A stretch of DNA of 19,642 bases, from positions 1-19,642 of the forward strand of contig JBHLQM010000014.1 in NCBI GenBank assembly GCA_048884785.1, written 5' to 3'. Positions 1 to 7,576 of the stretch are shown one piece after another; positions within the stretch are counted from its first letter, which is position 1, and each line of letters opens with the position of its first letter. A model generated the notes under the pieces. The model searched no databases. It saw only the letters and a list, made by a program, of their open reading frames with translations, and was not told where the DNA came from. The position numbers and the translations under genes were made by a program. The stretch is from Candidatus Thorarchaeota archaeon. GTDB lineage: Archaea > Asgardarchaeota > Thorarchaeia > Thorarchaeales > Thorarchaeaceae.

Positions 1-54
1 TACCACGTCTGGCTGGAAAAGGCATTGCCAGATAAGTGAAGTTTCAAAGAAAAG

Positions 55-78
55 ATGGTGCGGAGGGCGAGATTTGAA
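55..78 (-). repeat. Exact 24-bp copy of the tRNA-Leu(GAG) 3' end (att-like direct repeat)
   Basis: ATGGTGCGGAGGGCGAGATTTGAA at 55-78 is identical to 1181-1204 (T-loop through CCA plus 1 nt). The trailer 37-55 also matches 1163-1181 at 14/19. Confidence 0.9.
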
Positions 79-91
79 TAAAGAATGAGGT

Positions 92-1093
92 TCAAATAGA
101 AGATAATACCTCAGCTATTGAGCCCCATAATTTCTCAGCTGGAATGTATTCAATTATCCCAGTTTCAGTCATGCCTTGAAATTTGCGCATCAATAGTGAG
201 TTAACAGGTGTGACCAATCCGATTTCTTCTCCTAGACGAATGATCTCACCAGTAAGATATTCACTTTCGTCCGAAGAACCACGTATAAGTGACTGAAGTG
301 TCGAAGGATACGTCTCAATACTATTTCTTTCTTGGTCAAACCAAGCTTCAAAGAGACTGTCATCCTTTAAGACTCTGATCAGCTGGTCAAGAATCCTGTA
401 AGTGGGCTTTATTCCAGATTCCTTGACCACATTGTGACCTTCCTCCCAAGTAGCGATGAGACATTGCTGAAAGTATCTGTTTTTCAGGCCTCTTGGAAAT
501 CCAAGTCCTGTGAGTGTCATTGGTAGATTTATGAGATTTAGCACTAATTTTGCCCACATATCACCTTCAATGTTCGTGGATACCTCAGTCATTATACCTG
601 ATGACATGTATTCGCAGATTTTCTTCATCCGAGAGGTTTTTTCTCCATCGAACCTACCAATTATGCAAGGTCCTGTACGAGTATATTCAATCACCCCTGG
701 TTGTAAATAACTTGCAGTAAATCGAACGACACCAGGAATCACTCTCTCTTTTCCAATGATTTCCGATATGAACTCGGGATTTCGTATTCCATTCTGAAGT
801 GAAACAACCGGAGTTGATTTTCCAAGATGCGAAGAGAACTCTTCAACGGCTTGCTTTGTGTCCTGGGTCTTGACTGTAAGGAATACAATATCTGCCTCCT
901 CAACACAATCTGGCTCTGTAGTTGCATCGATTTCTATTGTGAACTCCTCCACCCCTTTCACTTCTAGACCATGTTCCCGAATCGCAATCACATGTTTTGG
1001 ACGTGCTACAAGAACAACTTCATGGCCTGCATTACGAAGGGTTGCTCCAAGAATACTGCCGATAGCTCCAGCTCCATACACTACTGATTTCAA
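92..1093 (-). CDS. panE: 2-dehydropantoate 2-reductase (ketopantoate reductase, ApbA/PanE family)
   Basis: 333 aa, TTG start. Rossmann motif VYGAGAIG, LTVKTQD, SLQNGI, MWAKLVLN (catalytic Lys), STLQSL and E.EYLTGEI..LG...G..TPVN match the family. Actual substrate not certain. Confidence 0.8.
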   Translation of the reverse strand: MKSVVYGAGAIGSILGATLRNAGHEVVLVARPKHVIAIREHGLEVKGVEEFTIEIDATTEPDCVEEADIVFLTVKTQDTKQAVEEFSSHLGKSTPVVSLQNGIRNPEFISEIIGKERVIPGVVRFTASYLQPGVIEYTRTGPCIIGRFDGEKTSRMKKICEYMSSGIMTEVSTNIEGDMWAKLVLNLINLPMTLTGLGFPRGLKNRYFQQCLIATWEEGHNVVKESGIKPTYRILDQLIRVLKDDSLFEAWFDQERNSIETYPSTLQSLIRGSSDESEYLTGEIIRLGEEIGLVTPVNSLLMRKFQGMTETGIIEYIPAEKLWGSIAEVLSSI

Positions 1094-1181
1094 TATTCCA
1101 CTTCCCTATCACGGTGGTGTTGGAGGATTGTGATAAATCTTAGTTAGAATGAAGATACGCTATGAAGTTGGAAATAAAGAA

Positions 1182-1269
1182 TGGTGCGGAGGGCGAGATT
1201 TGAACTCGCGAACTCCTACGAGACTAGGCCCTCAACCTAGCGCCTTTAACCTGGCTGGGCAACCTCCGC
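1182..1269 (-). tRNA. tRNA-Leu(GAG), CCA encoded
   Basis: Reverse complement GCGGAGG...CCTCCGC-ACCA. Anticodon arm CTAGG-TTGAGGG-CCTAG, long variable arm, T-arm GCGAG-TTCAAAT-CTCGC. Confidence 0.97.
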
Positions 1270-1478
1270 TTATGCATAAACCATCAGAGAATACTGCAGG
1301 TTGCCAGGTAAGCGCTTTCGCAGCATCTCTAAGTGATGGCTTCTAGTTTTTCGAATGTATTCCAAACATAAGGATTTCTATGAGTCATTTCGATAATCTT
1401 CTCTAGCCTGCCCTTCACTCCAATCTGATTTAGTACTCAAGTAAACACCTATAGGCCGCTCCTTCACGTTGCTAGTTC

Positions 1479-1952
1479 ATGAGCCTATCAGTCAAAAAAG
1501 GTCTTAGCTTTGGCCTCACATCTGGCGTTATCACAACCCTAGGAATGATAGTCGGTGTGAATGCAAGCACTAATTCCCGTTTGGCAGTTATAGCATGTAT
1601 TGTGGCGATTGCTATTGCTGATGCCTTCTCTGATGCTGTTGCAATGCATGTTTCTGAAGAATCCGAGGGCGTTCATATGAGAAAAGACATTTGGGAAGCC
1701 ACTTTAGCAACCTTCTTGGCCAAGTTCATATTTGCCCTAACTTTTGTTTTTCCAATTTGGTTTTTAGCTCTTGATATTGCAGTCCTAGTAGATATAATCT
1801 GGGGTCTTTTGGTCATGACTCTGTTTAACATCTTTTTAGCTCGTTCGCAAGAAGAAAATGTGTTACGAGTTGTCTTTGAGCATCTTGCAATTGCTATCAT
1901 TGTCATTCTAATAACATACATCGTGGGATCGTTTCTCTCCACAGTTGTCTAA
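1479..1952 (+). CDS. VIT1/CCC1-family membrane protein (putative Fe/Mn transporter)
   Basis: 157 aa, about 5 TM segments. SFGLTSGVITTLG...IADAFSDAVAMHVSEESE resembles the short VIT1/CCC1-like subfamily. Confidence 0.8.
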   Translation: MSLSVKKGLSFGLTSGVITTLGMIVGVNASTNSRLAVIACIVAIAIADAFSDAVAMHVSEESEGVHMRKDIWEATLATFLAKFIFALTFVFPIWFLALDIAVLVDIIWGLLVMTLFNIFLARSQEENVLRVVFEHLAIAIIVILITYIVGSFLSTVV

Positions 1953-2140
1953 AGAATTCAATCCTTTCATTATCTATGAGATTCAAATCACTCTATAAAG
2001 AGATGATCCGCATAAGGATCAACCTCCGCATAAGAAAACGTTCGGAGGAGTTCAATTTCACACATGGAGAGGATGTACCAATCTATTTGTACTCAATAAG
2101 CGAATAATGAAATTGAAAAAGCCATAAAAACGGAATTTCC

Positions 2141-2175
2141 CAGAAGAAGAGATGGGAATCTCTTCATTCTGTTTT
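2141..2175 (+). terminator. Hairpin plus T-run, putative terminator (+ strand)
   Basis: CAGAA-GAAGAGAT-GGGA-ATCTCTTC-A-TTCTG: 13 bp with one bulge and a GNRA loop, followed by TTTT. Confidence 0.5.
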
Positions 2176-2182
2176 GTACTTT

Positions 2183-2210
2183 AAAACACCAGATGTGCCG
2201 CTATCTGGTG
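2183..2210 (-). terminator. Hairpin plus T-run overlapping the stop of the 29-aa ORF
   Basis: Minus strand CACCAGAT-AGCGGCAC-ATCTGGTG-TTTT, a perfect 8-bp stem. Confidence 0.5.
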
Positions 2211-2290
2211 GCGGCGGCATACCACTCGAATGGGGGGAGTGATCTGTTCTTCCGCTGTTCCTTCTTGGAATCTTTTCTTCGGAGAACCAT
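2201..2290 (-). CDS. Small basic protein, 29 aa (MVLRRKDSKKEQRKNRSLPPFEWYAAATR), below the ORF-track cutoff
   Basis: ATG preceded by GAGGTGAaaac (ideal archaeal SD, the same core as before rpl10), TAG stop, hairpin plus T-run downstream, and a TATA-like CTATATTA about 40 nt upstream. Confidence 0.6.
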   Translation of the reverse strand: MVLRRKDSKKEQRKNRSLPPFEWYAAATR

Positions 2291-2345
2291 GTTTTCACCT
2301 CTTTAGACCAGTACCTCTCTCTCCAGCTAATATAGGGTTATGGGA

Positions 2346-2375
2346 AGATGCACACTTTTGAGATGCGCACATTTG
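2346..2375. promoter_or_regulatory. Tandem 15-bp direct repeat, candidate TF binding sites between divergent genes
   Basis: AGATGCACACTTTTG followed by AGATGCGCACATTTG (13/15 identical). Confidence 0.4.
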
Positions 2376-2454
2376 TCCCTTAGAAAGCGTCAATCTAAAG
2401 TGTATTATTAAAATTCTGAAAAAAATCGCAAACCGGTATTAAGGAGAATGTATT

Positions 2455-4155
2455 TTGCAGAGATTTATTATGAAACATGAATTACGACGAACTCTAACTC
2501 TGTTCGGTCTTCTATCGGCATTGATTTTGCCTGTATTTTTAATGCCTGTTGAAGTCAAAGCAGTAACACCAATCATTACTGGAATCCCGACATCATCAAT
2601 TGATCGAACTTGGGAGGATGTTTCCATTCTCTATCCTAATCTATACCTAAACTCATCAATGGTGCAGCAAGAGGTGGAGAATATCCATTCGAATGTACCA
2701 GAGCTTGTGGATGTTGATGTCATAGGTCAAAGCTATGAGGGTCGCGATATTCTAAGTGTAAGAATAACCAATGAAGAAGCCCCCCAACAAAAAGCTAAAA
2801 CACTGGTTGTGGCTCATCATCATGGTAGAGAAAAGGTCACGGTCAATACTGCAATCTATTTCATGCAATGGCTGGTGAATAGCTATGGCGTGGATTCACA
2901 GATTACCGAGTATATTGATACGCAAGAAATCTATGTTATTCCAACTATGAATCCGGATGCACTGAATTTCATCTACAATTATAGTGACCATTGGCTAAGG
3001 AAGAATCTCCGTCCATACGATGATGACGGTGATGGGTTGGTTGATGAGGATCCTTATGACGATGCAAACGACGATGGCTATGTAACACAGTGGGAGGTCT
3101 ATGAGAAAGGTCCCGGCGGTCACCTCAATTATCTCTACTCGTATTATGAGGGTGATGATGATGACGGAGACGGTCTTTACAATGAAGACTGGGTTGGTCT
3201 TGTTGATTTGAATCGGAATTATGCTTCCAATTGGGGTATTGAGCCAACTGCATCACTGGATTCAATGAGTCAGGTCTATGCTGGAGAGTTACCCTTTTCA
3301 GAACCTGAAACTCAGGCATTTCGCGATTTTGCACTCAATCATAAATTTGGAATGGCATATTCGCTGCACACAGGCATAAATGCAACATACTTTGTTACAA
3401 ACAACTATGGGGATTGGGCTCAGGGTGCCCTCTATTCACAGATGTGGAATGATTACAAAGACATCCTTCCACCGAATTTCAACTACTACCTTGATTTTTC
3501 GGCAAACAACAATCATGCCAGAGCTCCATCTATCAACTCGGGAGGTTGGGAGGAGTGGATGTATCACGTACTCGATTGCCTTGCTCCAATCACCTTCGAG
3601 ATTTACAATAATGCCTCTTCAGAGTCTGAAGAACTCTACTACATTCATGAGGAGAATTCAACGCATTTAATTATGGAGTGGAATGGCATTTACGAATACT
3701 TTAGTCCAGATGAGCCATACATCGAGTCACTCTGGCTGGATTTGATACCATCATTTGAGTATCTACTTGAACAGACTCCCAGAATCTCAGTTAGCATTTA
3801 TAATGCATACTTGCTAGATACGACAATTACTATGGTCTTAGCTGTAAATTGCTTGAGTCCTCGAATAGAAACAATCGATACATTGGAAGCTCGACTATTG
3901 GATGGCACACTGATGGATTTCATGCCGCCTGTCGATGCTGACTCCACTGTCAGTACAGAAATGTACTTTGAATTTGAGTCAATCGAAGTACATGACAATA
4001 TCACATTTCGAATTGGAAATGAATTTACTGGCTATTCGAGATTCATTATCTCATTTGTGGATTCAGGACCGCTTGATCCACTGATAATTGGCGGGGTCAC
4101 GATAGCCATTGTTGCAGTAGTAGTGGCCATTGTTTATTTCATCCGCAAAAGGTGA
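2455..4155 (+). CDS. Secreted, C-terminally membrane-anchored M14 zinc carboxypeptidase
   Basis: Signal peptide, IGQSYEGR, HHHGRE (HxxE), PTMNPD, RKN, VDLNRNY, PFSEPET, SLHT, TFEIY. Acidic DxDGDG inserts and a C-terminal TM helix ending RKR. Start is TTG 2455 (AGGAG upstream) or ATG 2470. Confidence 0.9.
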   Translation: MQRFIMKHELRRTLTLFGLLSALILPVFLMPVEVKAVTPIITGIPTSSIDRTWEDVSILYPNLYLNSSMVQQEVENIHSNVPELVDVDVIGQSYEGRDILSVRITNEEAPQQKAKTLVVAHHHGREKVTVNTAIYFMQWLVNSYGVDSQITEYIDTQEIYVIPTMNPDALNFIYNYSDHWLRKNLRPYDDDGDGLVDEDPYDDANDDGYVTQWEVYEKGPGGHLNYLYSYYEGDDDDGDGLYNEDWVGLVDLNRNYASNWGIEPTASLDSMSQVYAGELPFSEPETQAFRDFALNHKFGMAYSLHTGINATYFVTNNYGDWAQGALYSQMWNDYKDILPPNFNYYLDFSANNNHARAPSINSGGWEEWMYHVLDCLAPITFEIYNNASSESEELYYIHEENSTHLIMEWNGIYEYFSPDEPYIESLWLDLIPSFEYLLEQTPRISVSIYNAYLLDTTITMVLAVNCLSPRIETIDTLEARLLDGTLMDFMPPVDADSTVSTEMYFEFESIEVHDNITFRIGNEFTGYSRFIISFVDSGPLDPLIIGGVTIAIVAVVVAIVYFIRKR

Positions 4156-4167
4156 GTACAGGTCTCT

Positions 4168-4203
4168 TGCAGCGGAATAAATCCCGCTGCATCACTTCTT
4201 TTT
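4168..4203 (+). terminator. Hairpin plus T-run downstream of the carboxypeptidase gene
   Basis: TGCAGCGG-AATAAATC-CCGCTGCA followed by TCACTTCTTTTT. Confidence 0.6.
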
Positions 4204-4368
4204 GGTCTTCTACTGCACGTCGGCATGAAGACTGAAATCTTGCGCACTTCAGCTTTCTTATACTACTTCTATGAGCGTCACACTGAGCGTTCACATAATG
4301 CAACCCCCACAGGTGACTCTGCATTATATACTGCTTCTCTCTGGAAGTTGACGCATCAAGACCTGGAT

Positions 4369-5859
4369 ATGATAGACGTGAGCAGAACTGCAAGCTTTCT
4401 TGGATTCAAAGACAAAGATGACAAGGCAATTCACCTTGGAAAGATTCTGATGATTCTATTACCTACCGCCAACATTATCTTCACACTCAGTTCGACCTTC
4501 TATACTATTTTCATAGCCGAGGCGCTTGGTGGCGGAGACTTCATCCAAGGCTTGGGTCTTCTAGGCCTATTAGCTTCAATTGAGATGATTGTTCAGACGC
4601 TTCTTGATTATCCCTCTGGCGCATTAGGTGATTGGATTGGACAACGTTGGGTCATTGGGATTGGTAACATGCTCTATGGTGTTACCTTCTTCATGGTTTC
4701 ATTTGTCACCTCAACCACACCTCTATGGTATCTTGTTGCATTATTCGCAATACAAGGCATTGCTCAGTCCCAAATTAGTGGAGCTTGGGGGGCATGGTTT
4801 GACAATAATTACCGAGTAGCGAAACCTGACGATAAGGAAAGAAAGCAATATGGTGTCTTTTGGGGCAGAATGGGAATGATCTCCCAGATTGCTGCGACTG
4901 CTGTCTTAATTCCAGGCAGCATACTTGCGGTTGTATTTCAGCGACCTGCGGTCTTCCAGATACAGGCGATTGGTGCAGTCTTCTTTGCCCTTCTAGTTCT
5001 TCGATATATTCGAGATTTTCCTGAAGTTGAAGCGATGCGCGATGAGCGTCCCTCTCTTAGTGAATATACTGCGCTATTGAAGGAGGGCGTTAGCTATCTA
5101 TGGAAGACCCCATTTGTCAAGTATCTCGTTATTGGCACTATGATAACAACAAGTGCAATCTCCGTCTGGGGCCAGCTCATCCTCTTCCCACTCTATTACA
5201 GCTATCTAATCACCGATGTGGCCGTCGCGTCATATCGAACCCTTGCATTCTTACCAGGTGTAGCAGCAAACGAGAGATCAGGAGTCTGGTCTCAGCGATT
5301 TGAACCAAAGAAATGGATTCCACGATTTAGGCTTCTTCAGGCATGTGGGTTTGTGTTTTACATACTCTTGGCCATCGTAATGTTTGTGTTTCCACCAGTT
5401 GTTGGGGCCACAGAAACCATCACAGTTCTCTTGCCCTTCACCTCATTTGTATTGATAGAGCTTCCAATTGCACACATTATCCCGACGGTTACTCTCTTCT
5501 CTCTCTTCACAGTGACCATGTTCTTCAGTGGTTTTGCAGACATTCTCACACAGCGCGAACTACTGGATGCGATTCCTGATCGAAACAGAAACTCACTCTA
5601 TTCTCTGCAACCAACGATTCTCATGTTGTTGTCTATTCCTCAGATTGCGATATTTGGGTGGTTTATCCCCATCTTTGGTTTCTCAATCACACTTCTCCTC
5701 TGTGCGGGAGTTTCCTTGACAGGTGTGCTTGTAACGAAGTACGCCTTGTCCCTTGAGAAGCCAATAGCTCAAGAGGCAAGTGCCAACGGCAAAGTGACCA
5801 TCCAACTGGTCGACGAACATGATGAGATGGAGGAAATCGTCATCGAGAGTCTTGAATAA
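4369..5859 (+). CDS. MFS transporter
   Basis: About 12 TM segments and motif A-like DYPSGALGDWIGQRW. The start is moved from 4225 to ATG 4369 (or GTG 4378) because the upstream part is non-protein-like and contains a TTATATA box at 4324-4330. Confidence 0.85.
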   Translation: MIDVSRTASFLGFKDKDDKAIHLGKILMILLPTANIIFTLSSTFYTIFIAEALGGGDFIQGLGLLGLLASIEMIVQTLLDYPSGALGDWIGQRWVIGIGNMLYGVTFFMVSFVTSTTPLWYLVALFAIQGIAQSQISGAWGAWFDNNYRVAKPDDKERKQYGVFWGRMGMISQIAATAVLIPGSILAVVFQRPAVFQIQAIGAVFFALLVLRYIRDFPEVEAMRDERPSLSEYTALLKEGVSYLWKTPFVKYLVIGTMITTSAISVWGQLILFPLYYSYLITDVAVASYRTLAFLPGVAANERSGVWSQRFEPKKWIPRFRLLQACGFVFYILLAIVMFVFPPVVGATETITVLLPFTSFVLIELPIAHIIPTVTLFSLFTVTMFFSGFADILTQRELLDAIPDRNRNSLYSLQPTILMLLSIPQIAIFGWFIPIFGFSITLLLCAGVSLTGVLVTKYALSLEKPIAQEASANGKVTIQLVDEHDEMEEIVIESLE

Positions 5860-5918
5860 AGAGGCTGCACGAATCGTAGATGAACAAATAGAAAAGAATT
5901 GGTGGCATCGTTCAGTTC

Positions 5919-6374
5919 ATGCTGAACAAGTTCCTATCCAAGGCAATCGAACGGCATCTGGATGAAACGTATCCACTCCTTATGCAGTTGGATGATAGAC
6001 TCCTATATAGTGAGCCAGTACCCGGTGGCCGAGTCTTGGGCGAAGTGGTTTTCCATATGCTACGATCCATTGAATTCTATCTGAGAGGAATAATAGAGGG
6101 TAAATGGGAACCGGCTCCATACGCTTTCGATGAGTTCGTGTCAGCTGAATCCTTTCACAAATTAGTGCAGAATCTATTCGGTAAGGCCAGAACATACCTC
6201 TCACTCCTGTATTCAAGTGACCTATCTCGAGCGATTGACTCATTCAACAGGCCTGCAACTGTTGGCGAAATCCTCTTGGAAATGCTTGAGCATAGTATTC
6301 ATCACCGCGGACAACTTACAGTCTACCTCCGTTACCTTGGAGTAGAACCTGAAAAGATTGAGTATATCATTTGA
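5919..6374 (+). CDS. DinB/YfiT-family protein
   Basis: 151 aa with LGEVVFHML and EHSIHHRGQLTVYLRYLG (metal-binding His triad). Confidence 0.85.
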   Translation: MLNKFLSKAIERHLDETYPLLMQLDDRLLYSEPVPGGRVLGEVVFHMLRSIEFYLRGIIEGKWEPAPYAFDEFVSAESFHKLVQNLFGKARTYLSLLYSSDLSRAIDSFNRPATVGEILLEMLEHSIHHRGQLTVYLRYLGVEPEKIEYII

Positions 6375-6430
6375 TGATTCAGTCCATTGAATATCATCTT
6401 TATTCAACAAGAATTCTTGAAATTCAAAGT

Positions 6431-6506
6431 TGGAGCCCCGGGGGGGATTCGAACCCCCGACGTTCTGCTTACGAAGCAGACGCTATAACCACTAAGCCAC
6501 CGAGGC
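6431..6506 (-). tRNA. tRNA-Thr(CGT), CCA encoded
   Basis: GCCTCGG...CCGGGGC-TCCA. Anticodon arm TCTGC-TTCGTAA-GCAGA, T-loop TTCGAAT, 76 nt. Confidence 0.97.
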
Positions 6507-6532
6507 ATGTGATGCGCAACCCTTTGACTTCG

Positions 6533-6547
6533 CTATAAAACTTTATC
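6533..6547 (-). promoter_or_regulatory. BRE/TATA promoter of tRNA-Thr, probably overlapping the divergent thiL promoter
   Basis: Minus strand GATAAAG-TTTTATAG about 27 nt upstream of the tRNA 5' end. Confidence 0.6.
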
Positions 6548-6582
6548 ATAAAGCGAAGGTGTCAGACAGTTGAGGTCTAAAG

Positions 6583-7575
6583 ATGAACTTCTCAATGCCA
6601 AGCGAACGAGAGTTTCTAGAAAACATAAAGCATCTAGTCCATGGTGTTAAAGAAGCAGTACTGGGGTTTGATGAAGATGCCTCTGATATTCCATTGAGCA
6701 TTGACCAGAGCATTGTTATCAATATTGACACTTTTGTGCGTGAAACCGACTGGCTCCCCAATATGACTGCAGCTCAAGTTGGGAGAAAAACAGCTGTCAT
6801 GACAATCAGCGATGTAGTAGCAAAAGGTGCAGAGCCAAGAGTTTCAATGCTATCCCTTTGTGTGCCAAAGACCTATCCAGATAAGGAAGCGGAGGAATTG
6901 ATTCGGGGTTTCTCTCAGTATTGCATGAAGACCGGCATCTCATTCCTTGGTGGTGATTTTGGTACTGCGAAAGATGTAATCCTTACTGGAGTTGCTCTCG
7001 GTTTTGCTCCCCCATCGGGGATTATACCAAGGCGTGGCACCAAAGAAGGTGACATAATTGCAGTTACTGGGGATTTTGGGCTCACAACCGTGGCATTTGA
7101 GCACCTTCTTGGCGGAAAAGACCTCTCCCCCGAGTTAAGGAGTGATGCACTGGCCGCAGCATATAATCCACACATTCACCATCATTTTGTTCCTGCGCTC
7201 GCAAAGAAGAAGGCCGTCAACGCTTCCATGGACAGTAGTGACGGTCTTGGATACACCTTGCACACAATGGCAAAGCAAAGTGGACTGGCATTTGTCATCG
7301 ATAGTCTACCTGTTCCTGTAGAAGTCACAAGGTTCGCAAGAGAGAATTTACTTGATGAACTCTCAGTTGTGATGTTGGGGGGCGAGGAATTTACACTTGT
7401 CCTGTCTATTCCCCCGGAGAAATGGGAAATAGCAATAGATATTGCTACGCAGCAAAAAGTTTCGCTTCAGTCGATTGGATATGCACAGAAAGGAAAGGGC
7501 GTCAAGTATGAATCTGAGGAGGGCTACCTTGATGTTCCGTCATCAGGCTATGATAATGTGAGAGGATGGGATTAG
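6583..7575 (+). CDS. thiL: Thiamine-monophosphate kinase
   Basis: SD GAGGT. DEDAS, NIDTFV, ISDVVAKGAEP, LGGD, VTGDFG, MDSSDGL and GGEEF motifs of the PurM/ThiL fold. Confidence 0.9.
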   Translation: MNFSMPSEREFLENIKHLVHGVKEAVLGFDEDASDIPLSIDQSIVINIDTFVRETDWLPNMTAAQVGRKTAVMTISDVVAKGAEPRVSMLSLCVPKTYPDKEAEELIRGFSQYCMKTGISFLGGDFGTAKDVILTGVALGFAPPSGIIPRRGTKEGDIIAVTGDFGLTTVAFEHLLGGKDLSPELRSDALAAAYNPHIHHHFVPALAKKKAVNASMDSSDGLGYTLHTMAKQSGLAFVIDSLPVPVEVTRFARENLLDELSVVMLGGEEFTLVLSIPPEKWEIAIDIATQQKVSLQSIGYAQKGKGVKYESEEGYLDVPSSGYDNVRGWD

Positions 7576-7576
7576 T

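Noticed and set aside
1149-1346. 65-aa ORF (...WCGGRDLNSRTPTRLGPQPSAF...)
   Set aside because: Antisense translation of tRNA-Leu.
2090-2203. Pyrrolysine or amber readthrough of the 29-aa ORF TAG
   Set aside because: TAG is the ordinary stop of rpl1, rpl11, rpl12, secE, ftsZ and thiL here, and the extension is not convincing.
4225-4368. N-terminal 48 codons of the MFS ORF call
   Set aside because: Overlaps a TATA box and repeat elements and is not transporter-like. A downstream start is more plausible.
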